A DNA stretch of 64,000 nucleotides, taken from NCBI RefSeq assembly GCF_035084215.1, contig NW_027139581.1:2294001-2358000 (forward strand). The letters run 5' to 3'. The number at the start of each line of letters is the position of its first letter. The first letter of the stretch is position 1. Source of the stretch: Heptranchias perlo. Taxonomy: Eukaryota. A program made the translations under genes and the position numbers. The notes below the pieces were generated by a model. It searched no databases. It had not been told where the DNA came from and was given only the letters and a program-made list of their open reading frames with translations. Shown here piece by piece: positions 24,300 through 37,459 of this stretch.

Positions 24300-24975
24300 C
24301 TGACTGTTCGCAAACTTGGCGCCCGATTTGACCCTCGGCTGAGCTTCCAACCATGTGTCGTCTTCATCACCAAGACCGCCTACTTCCACTTCCGTCACAT
24401 CGCCCGTCTCCGCCCTTGCCTCAGCTATCCATGTCTTTGTTACCAATAGACTCAACTATTCCATTGATCTCCTGGATTATCTCGCACGTTGCACCCTCTG
24501 TAAACTTGAGCTCATCCAAAACTTTGTTGCCCATATCCTATCTCGCACGAAGTCCCGTTCACCCATCACCCCTGTACTCGCTGACCCACATTGGCTCCCA
24601 ATCCAACAATGCTTCTACGGCCTCACCCCTCCCTTTCTTTGTAACTTCCTCCAGCCCGAAAATCCCCTGGGATCTCTGTTCCTCTTGCGCATCCCCGATT
24701 TTAATCGCTCCACCATTGGCGGTCGTACCTTCGGCTGTCTACGCCCTACACTGTGGAGTTCTCTCCCTAAACCTCTCTGCGTCTCTATCTCTCTCTCCTC
24801 CTTTAAGATGCTCCTTAAAACCTTCCTCTTTGACCAAGCTTTTGGTCACCTGTCCTGATATCTCCTTATGTGTCTTGGTGTCAAGTTGCGTTTGATAATC
24901 GCTTCTGTGAAGCGCCTTGTGACGTTTTATTGCGTTAAAGGCGCCATATAAATGCAAGATGTTGTTGTTTGTATT
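24300..24975 (+). mobile_element. L2 LINE 3' end
   Basis: TAYFHFRHIARLRP, RSPITPVLADPHWLPI, FKMLLKTFLF; ends in a GTTGTTGTT tail. Confidence 0.85.
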
Positions 24976-25290
24976 GTTAACAGAATTTAGCATGTGACTG
25001 CGGCGGACCATAACGTTAGAGGAGACTGCGAGGTGCGCCTGGTCACTGCACAGTCATTTCGCCTCTGGAGCTTGACATGAAAAGATAGAGGTCGCTTTTC
25101 TCTGATGGGACACTAGGTGGCGCAGTGGGTCCTTAACTGAAGGGTCCTGGGTTCAAACACAACCCAAACAGGACGGATGCAAAAGATCTGTCAGGGAAAA
25201 AGAACTGAGATCGGCAAAATATAACAGTGTGGCTTAATCTTGGAGAAAGAAATTCAGAAAAGTCCAAGTTAGTCCATTCGTCATTCATGA

Positions 25291-25296
25291 TTTATT
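25291..25296 (-). terminator. Candidate polyA signal of the membrane-form IgH mRNA
   Basis: AATAAA on the minus strand ~470 nt downstream of the TM2 stop. Confidence 0.65.
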
Positions 25297-25761
25297 AACA
25301 ATTTAAAAGTTTACAATTGACAAAGAAGTTTTAAAAAGTTAACACAAACTGAATGTAACAACTCAGTGTCACATTGAGAATAGAACAGAGCCGGTCTGAG
25401 CTGCCAGCTGTCTGCACAACTGCAACAGACAGCAGAGAATGAAAACAGAGGCTCAACATAAAGGGAAGGAAACAATTGTGGATAAGAAATGAGAAAAGTT
25501 ACTTATTTACACATGAATTATTAAAACAAAGGTGAAAGGGGACTCAAACTCTAAGAATCATTTACATTATAGCGATGGTTATCTCACACATTAATAAACA
25601 TTTCAATCAGAAAGACGGAAATCCCGTTGATGTTTTTCTCAGCTATAGATGTCGATATATTAACTGACGGCGTTTCACTTTGAGAATCACCAGGAGGAAT
25701 TCTTCTTTTCATAATACAGAGATGTTAATAAACAGATGTGCAAAATCCGAAATTCAACCGA

Positions 25762-25770
25762 TCACTTTAC
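25762..25770 (-). CDS. IGHM: IgH TM2 exon (VK-stop)
   Basis: Acceptor TCTTTTACAG then GTA AAG TGA. Completes the KVK cytoplasmic tail. Confidence 0.92.
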   Translation of the reverse strand, partial: VK

Positions 25771-25909
25771 CTGTAAAAGAGGGATAAAAGAATGAAGCAG
25801 ATATTTAGTGGTCCGTGCATTTATCTCAGGGTTTTTATGAATGAAACTTTTAGAGGCTTTTCAAACCGCTTCATTCAGATCAAAGTGTCACTGGATTGAA
25901 TCTTCTCAC

Positions 25910-26037
25910 CTTCACCAGAGTGACGACAGCGCTGTAGAAAATGCTCAGGAAGAACAGAATGATGAATGTGGAAGCGGTTGTCCAGATGTTGCCGCTCTCT
26001 TCCTCATAGTCTTCAACCCAGACCTGGTTTATGGAAT
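25910..26037 (-). CDS. IGHM: IgH TM1 exon
   Basis: 128 nt between AG and GTGAG. Encodes (D)SINQVWVEDYEEESGNIWTTASTFIILFFLSIFYSAVVTLVK, with the conserved antigen-receptor TM motif. Confidence 0.95.
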
Positions 26038-27449
26038 CTACGGGGATGGAGAGGAGGAAATATATTCAGATCGTTTATTAAACCAGGATATATTATTATT
26101 ATTAGTTTATTTCTTTCCTTACTGTATTATTTTGGTCTCTAATTTAATTTCCAAGTTGTATATTTTGTTCAGTTAATCCCGCTCAGTAATCTCTCTCTGT
26201 TCCTAACGTCACAACCTCGCTTCCTTTATGATCCTCATACATTCCGTGTTGGTAAAGGTGATTTTTTTTTTCTTAAATGTCAGACACTAATGTATTTTCA
26301 ATCGATTTCGTAGACCTTTCATTCGGGGATATTATGGTGAGATATCGAGGGAGGTTCAGTGATTTATGTCGATTATTTTATCGATAGGTTTCGATATCTC
26401 CTATTTGACGGCTGGCATGGTGCAGGGTAAGAGATCGAATGTTAGTTCCAATCTTGGTCGTTTATTTGTGATGGAAATACTTTGAACATTATCTATCTGT
26501 ATCAGTTTCCAACTGAGATCATTGCTTCAGTGCATGTATACGACCGGAATAGGGAGCAGGAAGATGTTATGGTATCAAAGTTTCTCAGAATACCAAGAAC
26601 TGGGTTTTAGAAAATCAGTCCATTTAGTATATTTTTAACGATCAGTTGAGTGAGATTAGTTAATTTTCCCACTTCAGGATATGAACGTGGCTTTTCCCGG
26701 CTGTCAGAAATTCTGACAGCTCTGGGCACGGCCTGTGACAATGAACGACCACCTGCTCTGGAATATTGATCTCCAGCGGTTTCTAATGTGCTCTGTTTCA
26801 GGGACAAAGTGTGGGTGCAATCGTTATCACCTCAAAGACGAGGTCAATGTAGTTTAGATTATTGACGCCACACCTCATCTCAAGTTTAGTCAGGCAATGT
26901 TTTCTCAATCCCCCTGAATAGATATTTTTATTCATAAATATTTATTTAATACGTTGATTTATTTGATGTAAAGCGACGTTTATATTTGCAGACCATGTGG
27001 TTCTGTTATTTAGAAACTGACTGCCCGCTGGTCCCGGGGGTTCGTGGACAACAGAAGGGCAGTGTCTGTCTCTCTTTCATGAGGACAGGAGAGATGGTCT
27101 GTGCCGACCAATGCCCTTCCGTCACTACTGTCTACATTCAATGCAGTGAAGATAGAAATGCAACATTTTATTGGATAGAAATTACCCACTGAATGTTGTT
27201 TTAACGGTCTTCTGTTAAATTAGTTGGAGTGGCCTCACACTAGTTCCCAACGGGCATCATCTAACAGCTCAAAACTGGCTTCAATCGGAAGAAATCGGTG
27301 TAATGACGAAGAGAAGCCGCAATGTATTGTTTTTGTGGGAATTGGAAACAGCCATTGTGTTGTGTTTGGAAGCGGTTTTCTTATGTTCGGGTTAAGGGGT
27401 CTGGTAGTGGAAGCACCTTTAGTCTGCATTTAGCTTGTGCTGTAAATAA

Positions 27450-27845
27450 GCTGGAAGGGCGGAATATAGAAGGTTAACGGGTGATTTGAATGAGATTTTT
27501 AGGATTTTGAAAGGAATTGATAGGGTAGATAGAGAGAAACTTTTCCCGCTGGCGGGGGAGTCCAGGACAAGGGGACATAACCTTAAAATCAGAGCCAGGC
27601 AATTCAGGAGAGACGTTAGGAAACATTTCTTCACACACCGGGTGGGAGAAGTGTGGAACTCTCTCCCACAAAAAGCAGTAGATGCTCAATTAATAATTTT
27701 AAAGCTGATTTATTTTTGCTGACCAAGGGTATTAAGGGATCTGGAGCCAAGGCGGGTGGATGGAGTTAGGATACAGATCAGCCATGATCTCAATGAATGG
27801 CGGAACAGGCTCGAAGGGCTGAATGGCCTCCGCCTGTTCTTGCGT
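27450..27845 (+). mobile_element. CR1 3' fragment
   Basis: LKGIDRVDREKLFPLAGESRTRGHNLKI..FFTHRV..WNSLP plus the tail. Confidence 0.85.
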
Positions 27846-27953
27846 TCCAACGGAATGTTGGTGCATTGGGTCTCCAAAGGGAACATATCCTGCTCCCGAC
27901 TAACAAAAATAATTCAATTCCCATACATTTGACTCGTTAACAGAAAAAGGGTC

Positions 27954-27959
27954 TTTATT
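27954..27959 (-). terminator. PolyA signal of the secreted IgH mRNA
   Basis: AATAAA ~35 nt after the secretory stop codon. Confidence 0.8.
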
Positions 27960-27992
27960 TGCTTTTAATTAAGGAATGGAAATGTGATAATC

Positions 27993-28384
27993 TCATTGAC
28001 AAGAATTCACGGTGTCCATCAGTACAAGGGAAATGTTCACAAAACTCGGTTTACCGCTCGATTTATTAACCGTTCTGCTCATTATCTTCAAGGGAATGGC
28101 TTCATGTCCGACCACACAGGAGTAAGAAGCACCGCTGGTCCAATCCTCCGTCTTAATGGATAACATGCTGTACATGAAGAAGGAGCTACTGTCGTTCTCC
28201 GCCATCACCTCAGTGTTCTTGTAGCCGCTGGAATTCAGCGTCTTGTTATTAACGGTCCACTTGACAAAGATCTCTCTGGGAGAGAAACCTCTCACTAAGC
28301 AGGTGAGGGTCATAGACCGCTGAGCGGAGATTTCTTCTGCTAACGGGAGGAGGACAAACACAGACGGTTCCTGTGGATTTGGAT
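27993..28384 (-). CDS. IGHM: Cmu4 exon plus secretory tailpiece; internal donor after 28055 for the membrane form
   Basis: [14 protein letters not shown]...[17 protein letters not shown]...[23 protein letters not shown]|[20 protein letters not shown]. The tail has an NIS sequon and a penultimate Cys. G|GTAA donor at 28055/28054. Confidence 0.96.
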
Positions 28385-28749
28385 CTGCAGAAAAAAATGT
28401 TTGGATATTAATAAGTGAGAGGCGATCATGGAGGGAATAAAGCGCAGCTTTAGGTTGTGAAGATTCACTTTGCACTCGGAGATATCGTTCCCTTGCCTAA
28501 TTTTAAAAACTCTGTTTGTTGCTTTGTGCACGAGTCACTTAAGGTGACATCTCTCCTCTCCTCTACGTGCCTTGAGAAGGCCACCGTTTGAGAAATGTAA
28601 CTGAGTGGCTTGTAGATAATTTGAGAGGACAACTCCATCGTCCCGGAGCAAAGCCACATGTGGCGAAGATCGCATAGGGGTGATAGCCTCCCTTCGGATA
28701 TGGACAGGAAAAGGACAATGGAAAAAGAGTTCGGATTTTTAACGGTCAG

Positions 28750-31700
28750 TTCAGGAACATAGGAACAGAAGGAGGCCATTCAGGCCCTCGAGTCTGTTCC
28801 GCCATTCAATTATAACGTGGCTGATCTGTGCCTCAACTGCATTTACCCGCTTGGTTCCATATCTCTCAATACCCTTTATCACAGTATCATAATATGGTAC
28901 AGCACAGAAGGAGGCCATTCGGCCCAACGTACCTATTCCGGCTCTTTGAAAGTGCTATCCAATTATTCCCATTACCCTGCTCTTTCCCGATAGCTGTCCA
29001 TTTTTTTCCCTTCAAGTATTTAACCAATTCCGTTTTGAAAGTTACTATTGAATCTGCTTCCACCACCCTTTCAGGCAGAACATTCAGATCATTACATCTC
29101 GCTGCGTAAAAAATGTTTCCTCATGTCGCCTCTGGCTCTTTTGCCAACCACTTCAAATCTGTGTCCTCTGGTAACCAAATCTTCTGCCACTGGAAACAGT
29201 TTCTCCTTATTTACCTGATCAAAACCCTTCATGATTTTGAACACCTCCATAACATCTCCCCTTAACATTCTCTGTTCCAAGGAGAACAATCCCGGCTTCT
29301 CCAGTCACAAATAACTGAAGTCTCTCATCCCTGGTGCCATTCTAGTAAATCTCGTCTGCACCCTCTCTAAGGCCTTGACATCCTTTCTAAAGTGTGGTGC
29401 CAAGAATTGAACACAATACTCCAGCTGAAACCTAACCAATGATTTATAAAGATTTAGCGTAACTTATTTGCTTCTGTGCTCTGTGCCTCTATTACAAAAG
29501 CCCAGGATCACATATGGTTTATGAACAGCATTCTCAACTTCTCCTGCCACCTTCAAAGATTTCTGTACGTACACTGCCAGGTCTCTCTGTTCCTGCACTC
29601 CGTTTAAAATTCTACCATTTAGTTTATATTGTGTCTCTTCATTCTCCCTCCCAAAGAATGCATCACTTCATACTTCTCTGCGTTAAATTACATCTGCCAT
29701 GTCTCTGCCCATTTCACCAGTCTGTCTATGTCCTCCTAAAGTTAGTTACTATCCTTCACATTATTTACATTTTCGAGTTTCGTGTCATCAGCAAACTTTG
29801 TAATTGTACCCAGTATACCCAAGTCCATGTCATTAATGTATATCAAAAAGAGCAGAGGTCCTTATGCTGATTCCTGGAGAACACCACTCTATACTTCCCT
29901 CCAGTCTGAAAAACTACCGTTCAACAATACTCTTTGCTTTCTGTCCCTTAGCGACATAGGAAAGAAAAGGGGATGAGTCCCTGCGGTCAGTGTTTCAGGA
30001 GCCAGGGAGGAAGTTGAAAAGCAGGACCGCAAAGGTAGTAATCTCTGGATTACTCCCAGTGCCACCCGCTCGTGTGTACAGAAATAGGAAGATAAGGCAG
30101 GTTTATGCGTGGCTGCAGACATGACGCAGGATGGATGGCTTCAGAGTCTTGGGGCAGTGGGACCAGTTTTGGGACCGGAGTGCAAGGGTGGTGGAAGCAG
30201 ATTTAATCGTGGCTTTTAAAAAGGAATTGGACAAATACTTTGCTACTGGGCAAGCGTGGGGAAATGGGACGAACTGGATTGCTCTTATAAAGAGCTAGCA
30301 AGGGCACGATGGGCCGAATGGCTTCCATCTGAGCTGGAACCATTCTATGATTAGCCAATTTTGTATCCACGCTGCCGCTGTCCCTTTCATCCCGGGGGCT
30401 TTAATTTCGCTTACAAGTCTATTATGTGGTACTTTATCAAATGCCTTTTGAAAGTCACAACATCAACCACATTACCCTCATTAACCCTTCCCGTTACTTC
30501 ATCAAAGAGCTCAATCAAGTTATCAAACACGATTTTCCTTGAACAAATCCCTGCTGACTTTCATTTACTAGCCCACAATTTTCCAAGTGCCAATTAATTT
30601 TGTCCCGGATTATTCTCTCTGAAAGTTTCCCCACCACCGACATGAGGCTGACTGGTCTGTAACTGCCGGGTTTACCTTTTTGAACAGGGGTGTAACATTT
30701 GCAATCCTCCAGTCTTCCGGCACCATCCCCATATCTGAGGAGGTTTGGAAGGTTGTGGTGACAGCCTCCGTAATTTCCACCCTTACTTCCCTCAGTAACC
30801 GAGGCTGCATCCCATCTGGACCGGGTGACTTTTCTACTTTGAGTACTGCCAATCTTTTAAGTACCTCGTCTATCTATTTTTATCCTATCCCATATCGCTA
30901 CTGACCCCCTTTTACTGTTACAGTGGCAGCATCCTTTTCTCTAGTGAAGACCAATGCGGTGCATTTATTTAGTACCTCAGCCCTGCCCTTTTCCTCCACA
31001 AGAAGATCTCTTTTTTTTTGTCCCTAATCGGTCCCACCCTTCCTTTCACTGCCCTTTTACAATTTACATCTTTATAAACGACTTTTGGTTTCCCTTTTGT
31101 GCTGGCCGCTAATCTATTCTCATATTCTCTTTGCCGCTCTTATTTCCTTTTTAAATCTCCGCTGTACTTTCTGTATTCAACTTAGTCCTAAACTGTATTA
31201 TGTGCCTTACATTTGTCATAAGCCTCCTTTTTCTGTTTCATTGTAATCTCTATAACTTTAGTCATCAAATGAGCTCGAGTTTTGGATGCCCTTCCTTTCC
31301 CCCTCGTGGGACTGGATGTGAACCATTTCCTTAATGAAGGCCTCCCATTGTTCAATTACTACTTTGCAAACCAATCTTTGATTCCTATCCACCAGGACTA
31401 AGATCCCTTTGTAACTCACTGAAATTAGCCCTCCTCCAGTTAAATATTTTCACGTTAGATTGTTCCTTGTCCTTTTCCACGACTATTCTAAACCTAATGA
31501 TATTATGATCACTGTTCCCCAAATGCTCCCCCACTGAATCATGCTTCACTTGCCCCACTTCATTCCAAGAACTAGATCCAGCATTGCTTCCTTCCCCGCT
31601 GGGCTGGAAACACATTGTTCAACAAAGTTCTCTTGTACACATTTCAGGAATTCCTTCCCCTCTTTGCCCGATACATTGTTACTGTCCCAACCTATATTGG

Positions 31701-34700
31701 GATAATGGAAGTCCCCCCATTATCACTAATCTATCGTTCTTGCATCTTTCCGTAATTTGCCTGCAAATTTGTTCCTGTATCTCTTTCCCATTATCTGGTG
31801 GCCTATCGTACACACCCAGTAGTGTAATAGCTCCTCCATTGTTCTTTAAGTTTAACCAAATGGATTTTGTCTTTGACCCCCCCCCCCTCACCTTCATCAT
31901 CACTTTCCAGTGCTATAATAGTTTAATTGATCAATACTGCCACTCCTCCTTTCATCCTTCACTATCTTTCCTGAATACCGTGTGGACAGGAATAATAAGT
32001 ACCCATTCCCCCCAATCTTTGAACCATGTCTCTGCTATTGCCTCTGTATCAGAGTCCCATGTGGCGACTTGAGCCTGCAGCTCACCAACCTTATTTACCA
32101 CGCTACGTGCATTTACACACATGTACTCCAAGCTCATCTTAGACTGCCTAAATTTCCCCCTGTATGATCCCTTCTATTTCTGAAGTACTCTTTGCTCAAG
32201 TGCTATTTCTCCCTCCCAGTCCTCTGTGCACCTTGCTTCTTCTCTATAATGTTTCATCCTGGTGCCCACCCTATTGCCAAATTTGTTTAAACCCTCCCCC
32301 ATAGCAGTAGTTAACTTCCCAGCTCTGTTGAGGTGCAACCCGTCCATCTTGAACAGATCCCTCCTGCCCCGCAACTGCTCCGAATGTCCCAGGTATCGGA
32401 AACTCACCTGCTGCTACATTTCTCCAGGCGTTAGCCTGTCTTATTCGGCTATTCCTGTTCCCGCTTTTCCCCCATATCACTTGATCCCTTTAACATTAAC
32501 AAATATATCTATCTCCTTCTTGAATACATCTAATGACTTGGCCTCCACTGCCTTCTGTGGTAGAGAATTCCACAGGTTCACCACCCTCTGAGTGAAGAAA
32601 TTTCTCCTCATCTCGGTTCTAAATGGCATATCCCGTATCCTGATACTGGGACACCTGGTTCTGGACTCCCCAGCCAGCGGGAACATCCTCCCTGCATCTA
32701 GCCTGTCTAGTCCTGTTAGAATTTTATATGTTTCGATGAGATCACCTCTCACTCTTCTAAACTCTCGTGAATATAGGTCTAGTCGTCCCAATCCCTCCTC
32801 ATACGTCAGTCCTGCCATCCCAGTAATCAGTCTGGTAAGCCTTCGTTGCACTCCCTCCATGGCAATGACATCCTTCCTCAAATAAGGAGACCAAAACTTC
32901 AGACAGTGCTCCAGATTTGGTCTCAGCAAGGCTCTGTATAACTGCAGTAAGACATCCCTGCTCCAGTACTCAAATCCTCTTGCAATGAAGGCCAACATAC
33001 CATTCGCCTTCCTAACTGCTTGTTGCTTTCAGCGACTGGTGTACAAGGACTCCCAGGTCTCGTTGCACCTCCCCTTTTCCCAAACTGTCACCATTCAGAT
33101 AATAATCTGCCTTTCTGTTTTTACAACCAAAGTGGATAACCTCACATTTCTCCACGTTATACTGCATCCGCCATGTTCTTGCCCACTCACCCAACTTGTC
33201 TAAATCACTCTTTGCATCCTCCTTACAGCTCTCATTCCACCCCAGCTTTGTATCGTCTGCAAACTTGGAAATGTTACATTTAGTTCCCTCATCCAAATCA
33301 TTGATATATATTGTGAATAGCTGGGGCCCAGGCACTGTTCCCTGCGATACCTCACTAGTCACTGCCTGGCACCCGGAAAAAGACACCTTAATTCCTCCTC
33401 TCTGTTTCCTGTCTGTCAAACAATTCTCAATCCATGCCAGTATATTCCCCCCAATCCCATGTGCTTTAATTTTGCACACTAACCTCTTGTGTGGGACCCT
33501 ATCAAAAGCCTTCTGAAATTCCAAATACACCACATCTACTGGTTCTCCCTTATCTATTCTGCTAGTTACATCCTCAAAAAACTCCAGTAGATTTGTTAAG
33601 CATGATTTCCCTTTCATAAACCCATGCTGACTTTGTCCAATCCCGTTAATGACTTCCAAGTGTTCTGTTATCACATCTTTCATAAAGACGATAGCATTTT
33701 CCCCACTATTGATGTTGGGCTGACTGGTCTGTAATTACCTGTTTTTTCTCTCCCTCCTGTTTGAAATAGTGGGGTTACATTTGCCACCCTCCAGCTGTAG
33801 GAACTGTTCCAGAGTCCATAGAATTTTGGAAGATGATCACCAATGCATCCACTATTTCCAGGGCCACTTCCTTTAGTACTCTGGGATGTAGATTATCAGG
33901 CCCTGGGGATTTGTCAGCCTTTCGCCCAAATGATTTCGGAAGCACAATTTTGTTTTTAACAATAATTCCCCCAGAGTCCAAAAATCTGTCTATCTCACCC
34001 TTGAATATATTCAACGACTCAACATCCACATTCCTCTGGGGTAGAGAATTCCACAGATTCACAACCCTCTGAGTGAAGAAATTCCTCCTCACCTCAGTCT
34101 TAAATGGTCGACCCCTTATCCTGAGACTATGCCACTTAGTTCCAGCCAGAGGAAACAACCTCTCAGCATCTACCCTGTCAAGCCCCCTCAGAATCTTGTA
34201 TGTTTCAATGAGATCAGCTCTCATTCTTCTAAACTCCAGAGAGTACAGGGCCATTATACTCAATCTCTCCTCATCGGACAACCCTCTCATCCCAGGAATC
34301 AATCTAGTGAACCTTCTTTGCACTGCATCTAAGGCAAGTGTATCCTTCCTCAGATAAGGAGACCGAAACTGCACGCAATACTCCAGGTGAGGTCTCAACA
34401 AAGCCCTGTACAATTTCAGTAAGACTATTGAACCCCCTATAACAACTGCATGTCTTTCGCTCGCTGTTCAGCCGAGTCTCCCGTGGTGCAGTGGATTTGC
34501 TCCGGATTGCACGTAATCCAGCAACAAACTATTAATCTCATTTTTTAAATTTCCAATTGACCTCCAGCCTCACCAGCTTTTTGGGAGAGAGAGTTCCAGA
34601 TTCCCACTGCCGTTTGTGTGAAGAAATGTTCCCTCGCATCACCCCTGAACGACCTAGCTCTAATATTTAGGTTATGGCCCCTTGTTCTGGACTCCCTCAG
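28750..34700 (-). mobile_element. Stack of nested or adjacent CR1 LINE fragments filling the Cmu3-Cmu4 intron
   Basis: Several RT and 3' fragments (ORFs 29092-29289, 30610-30852, 32477-33683, 33775-34413), endonuclease pieces (31385-32137) and ORF1 esterase-like pieces (DGLHLN at ~32340; plus-strand piece ~29955-30180). Confidence 0.9.
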
Positions 34701-34879
34701 TTTCTCCGGTGTCAGCCAGCGAATTTACAGGATTATTGAATTCAATTTCGCTACTTGCCGTGGTGGGGGTAAAAGAGTTTCCTCCAATCCAGGCTCTGCA
34801 GAGGGGATCGAGTGATTGAGAAAAGCGTTTCGTTTGGAATAAAAGAGTTTCCTTTCCATTTTGTCCAATTACCAACTTT

Positions 34880-35280
34880 ATTGTTTATTCATTCCCGGGA
34901 TGTGGGCGCCTCTCGTGAGGTCGGCTTTTATTGCCCATCCATAGTTGTCCTTGAGAAAGTGATGGTGAGCTTTCTGCTTGGCCCGCTACAGTCCGTAAAG
35001 TGAAGGTACTCCCACAGTGCTGTTAGGAGGGAGTTCCAGAAATTTGAATGGGAAAATGAAGGAATAGCGATATATGCCCAAATCGGGATGAGTTGTGATT
35101 TTAAGGAGAACTTGGAGGTGATGGTGTTCCCATGCACCTGTTGGTAGGGGCCGCGGATTTGGGAGGTGCTGCCAAAGAAGCCTGCACGAGTTGCTGCAGT
35201 GTATCCTGTAGATGGTACACACTGCAACCACAGTGCGCCGGTGGTGGAGGGAATGGATGTTTAAGGTGGTGGATGGACTA
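34880..35280 (-). mobile_element. LINE-related 3' fragment
   Basis: Decayed FWNSLP..VG.P..GL motifs and a tail typical of shark non-LTR elements. Family not resolved. Confidence 0.55.
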
Positions 35281-35388
35281 AACTATGTCATGGGGATAGA
35301 CTATGCATATATTTAATGAATAGAAGTCATGTACACGCACTGAGAAGATTCACAATGTGGCACTTGTTGCTGCAACCTCACTGCTCAC

Positions 35389-35697
35389 CTCGTTCCTTGT
35401 GTATGGACGCTCTTTTAGGAGTTGGAAGATCCTGATGGCTCACCACGCAATAGAACGTATCCCCACTCAGCCACGCTTGTGTCGAGATGTCTACTTTGCT
35501 GATCAGGCTGTCGGAGCCCTCGCCAGGTTGGACGGCAATCTCTGATTTTAAAGGCTGCTGTTCTCTGGTCCAGGACACGTTGACCCCATTCGGAGCATCA
35601 GACACGACACAGGTCAAAGTCACCGTCGCCTCCAGTAAAACCTGTTCTTGTGATGGTGGCAGAATAGTGACTTCTGGTTCACCGGGTGGAGGACAAT
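35389..35697 (-). CDS. IGHM: Cmu3 exon
   Basis: 309 nt, phase 1/1, AG...[84 protein letters not shown] matches recalled shark Cmu3. Confidence 0.95.
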
Positions 35698-36124
35698 CTG
35701 TGAGAGGAAAATAAATGTGAACCGATCTATTCTCTGGAGAATTGTGATGCGAACGTTCAGCCTTTATTTGATTAAAGACAAGGGAAGTCATTTTTACTTT
35801 GGGCGATATGGACTCAGCCTTTCATTATACAGTGCGCCTGATTTTCCGGGCCACTAATCAGGAATGTGAACATTAGTGATTCCCCCATTCCCTGGAACAG
35901 TTGTGTTGAAGCACAGCTCTGATGCTCTACTTGCGCACCGCCGGATGTCGGCTCACTGAGAACTAAACTAGGACCAGGATCGCAGACTGATCCGATGACA
36001 TGGCCGCAGAGGAATCCCTTCTGGGGCGGGGCTCTGGAACGTCTGCAGTGCCCACTGAACTGTAACAGAGGCAGAGAGAGTCAGGCCGTCCAGGAGAAGG
36101 AAGCAAGTAACCAGATACTCGATA

Positions 36125-36560
36125 AAGAAAGAAAGAACTTGCATTTATCCAGCGCTTTTCATCACCTCAGGACGTCCCAGAGCGCTTTACAGACAAAAAA
36201 CTACTTTTGACGTGTGGTCACTGTTGAAATGTTGGAAACTCAGCTATCAATTTGCTCACAGCAAGCTCCCACCAACAGCAATGTGATAATGACCGGGTAA
36301 TCTCTTTTAGTGATGTTGGTTGAGGGATAAATATTGGCCAGGACACAGGGGAAAACTCCATTGCTTGTCTTCTAAATATTGCTGTGTGATCTTTAAGATC
36401 CACCTGAGAGGGCAGATCGGGGCCTCGGTTTAACGTCTCAACAAGATGGCCCCTCCCATAGTGCAGCGCTCCATCAGTCCTGACTGGGAGTGTCAGCCTC
36501 GATTTTGTGCTCAAGTCTCAGGAGTGGGATTGAACCCACGACCTTCTCACTCAGAGACGA
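36125..36560 (-). mobile_element. tRNA-headed Deu-domain SINE (SacSINE1-like)
   Basis: Reverse complement of the element at 63612-64000, with core GAGCGCTGCAC...GAGACGTTAAACCGAGGCCCC. Confidence 0.75.
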
Positions 36561-36717
36561 TCAATAACATCAATGATATGTTCCTAATAATTGGTGAAAG
36601 AAGTTATCAGTCCCCCCACACACACCCTCACCCCCACCCCACGGAACACTGACTGTAAATTTCGGTAGAATTTGGCACTTAGATGCATCTGGCCTCAGCT
36701 CCCGGTTTGCCTCTTAC

Positions 36718-37035
36718 CAGGAGAACTGGTGATATTTTTGCTCTGGATGCTCTTGCTCGCTTTGTGAGTGACGGAGCAGGTGTATACCGCACCGTTGAAC
36801 CATTCCCTGGAGGTGATTTCCAGCCGACTACTGACGCTGAAGTTGCCGTTCTCTTCACAGGGAGGAGAGGTGACGAACCCGGACTTCACGGGCAATCCGC
36901 CCTTCAGCCACTGCACGTCGATGGGTTTTGGTCGGAATTCGGATATTAAACACACGGCCGTTACATGTTTGCTGGATAAGATTTCCTGAGGTGAACTTTG
37001 CGTCAGGATAACAGTTGGAGGGACCGCAGGCAATC
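36718..37035 (-). CDS. IGHM: Cmu2 exon
   Basis: 318 nt, phase 1/1. PTVILTQSS.QEI..AVCLISEFRPK.I.VQWLK..SGFVTSPPCEENGNFSVSSRL..EWF..VYTC.VTH..QSKNITSSP. Includes the extra (probable inter-chain) Cys. Confidence 0.95.
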
Positions 37036-37150
37036 CTATTGTGGGAATTCAAGGAAAAAAGGTGATTTCACCATTTAAAAATTAAATAATTCTGTATTGG
37101 AAAATTCTGTTATCTTTTCACATGTTGGTCGCCATCGAGCTCACACTAAC

Positions 37151-37459
37151 CTGGAATGGACAGCGTCACTGTCTCCCAGGCAGATCCGCTGTGCCGAACC
37201 ACGCAGTAGACTTTGCTGCTCTCCATCTCTGACTCGGGGATCGTTAACTGGCTGCTCAGGGTGTAGGTTCCCTTCTTGTTGAACACTGACGGGTAGGTCA
37301 TGAATCCACTAGTGATGCGTTGGTCATTTTTGGTCCAGGAAAGGATGGCTTTTTCGGGGGAATAGTTCATCGCCAAGCACCCGACCGTCACCAAACCTTC
37401 AGTATTGGGTTCTCCACAGGACGATAGCAGGGCGAAGAGTGTCGGAGCAGACGGTTCAG
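37151..37459 (-). CDS. IGHM: Cmu1 exon
   Basis: 309 nt, phase 1/1. PSAPTLFALLSSC..GCLAMNYSP..SW.K..ITSG..TYPSVFNKKGTYTLSSQLT..ESSKVYC. The N-terminal Cys expected to link the light chain is present. Confidence 0.95.

Noticed and set aside
25115-25165. tRNA gene (GGTGGCGCAGTGG...GGGTTCAAAC)
   Set aside because: A and B boxes are present, but it is too short for a cloverleaf. Likely a SINE-head remnant.
36695-36717. Cmu2 read-through (GKRQTGS*) as a two-domain secreted form
   Set aside because: No tailpiece features or nearby AATAAA, and the GTAAG donor is strong.
27993-37459. Calling the whole cluster IgW or IgNAR
   Set aside because: There are four C exons with Cmu motifs, a mu-type tail and a CH1 light-chain Cys. 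I saw no further C exons in the introns.
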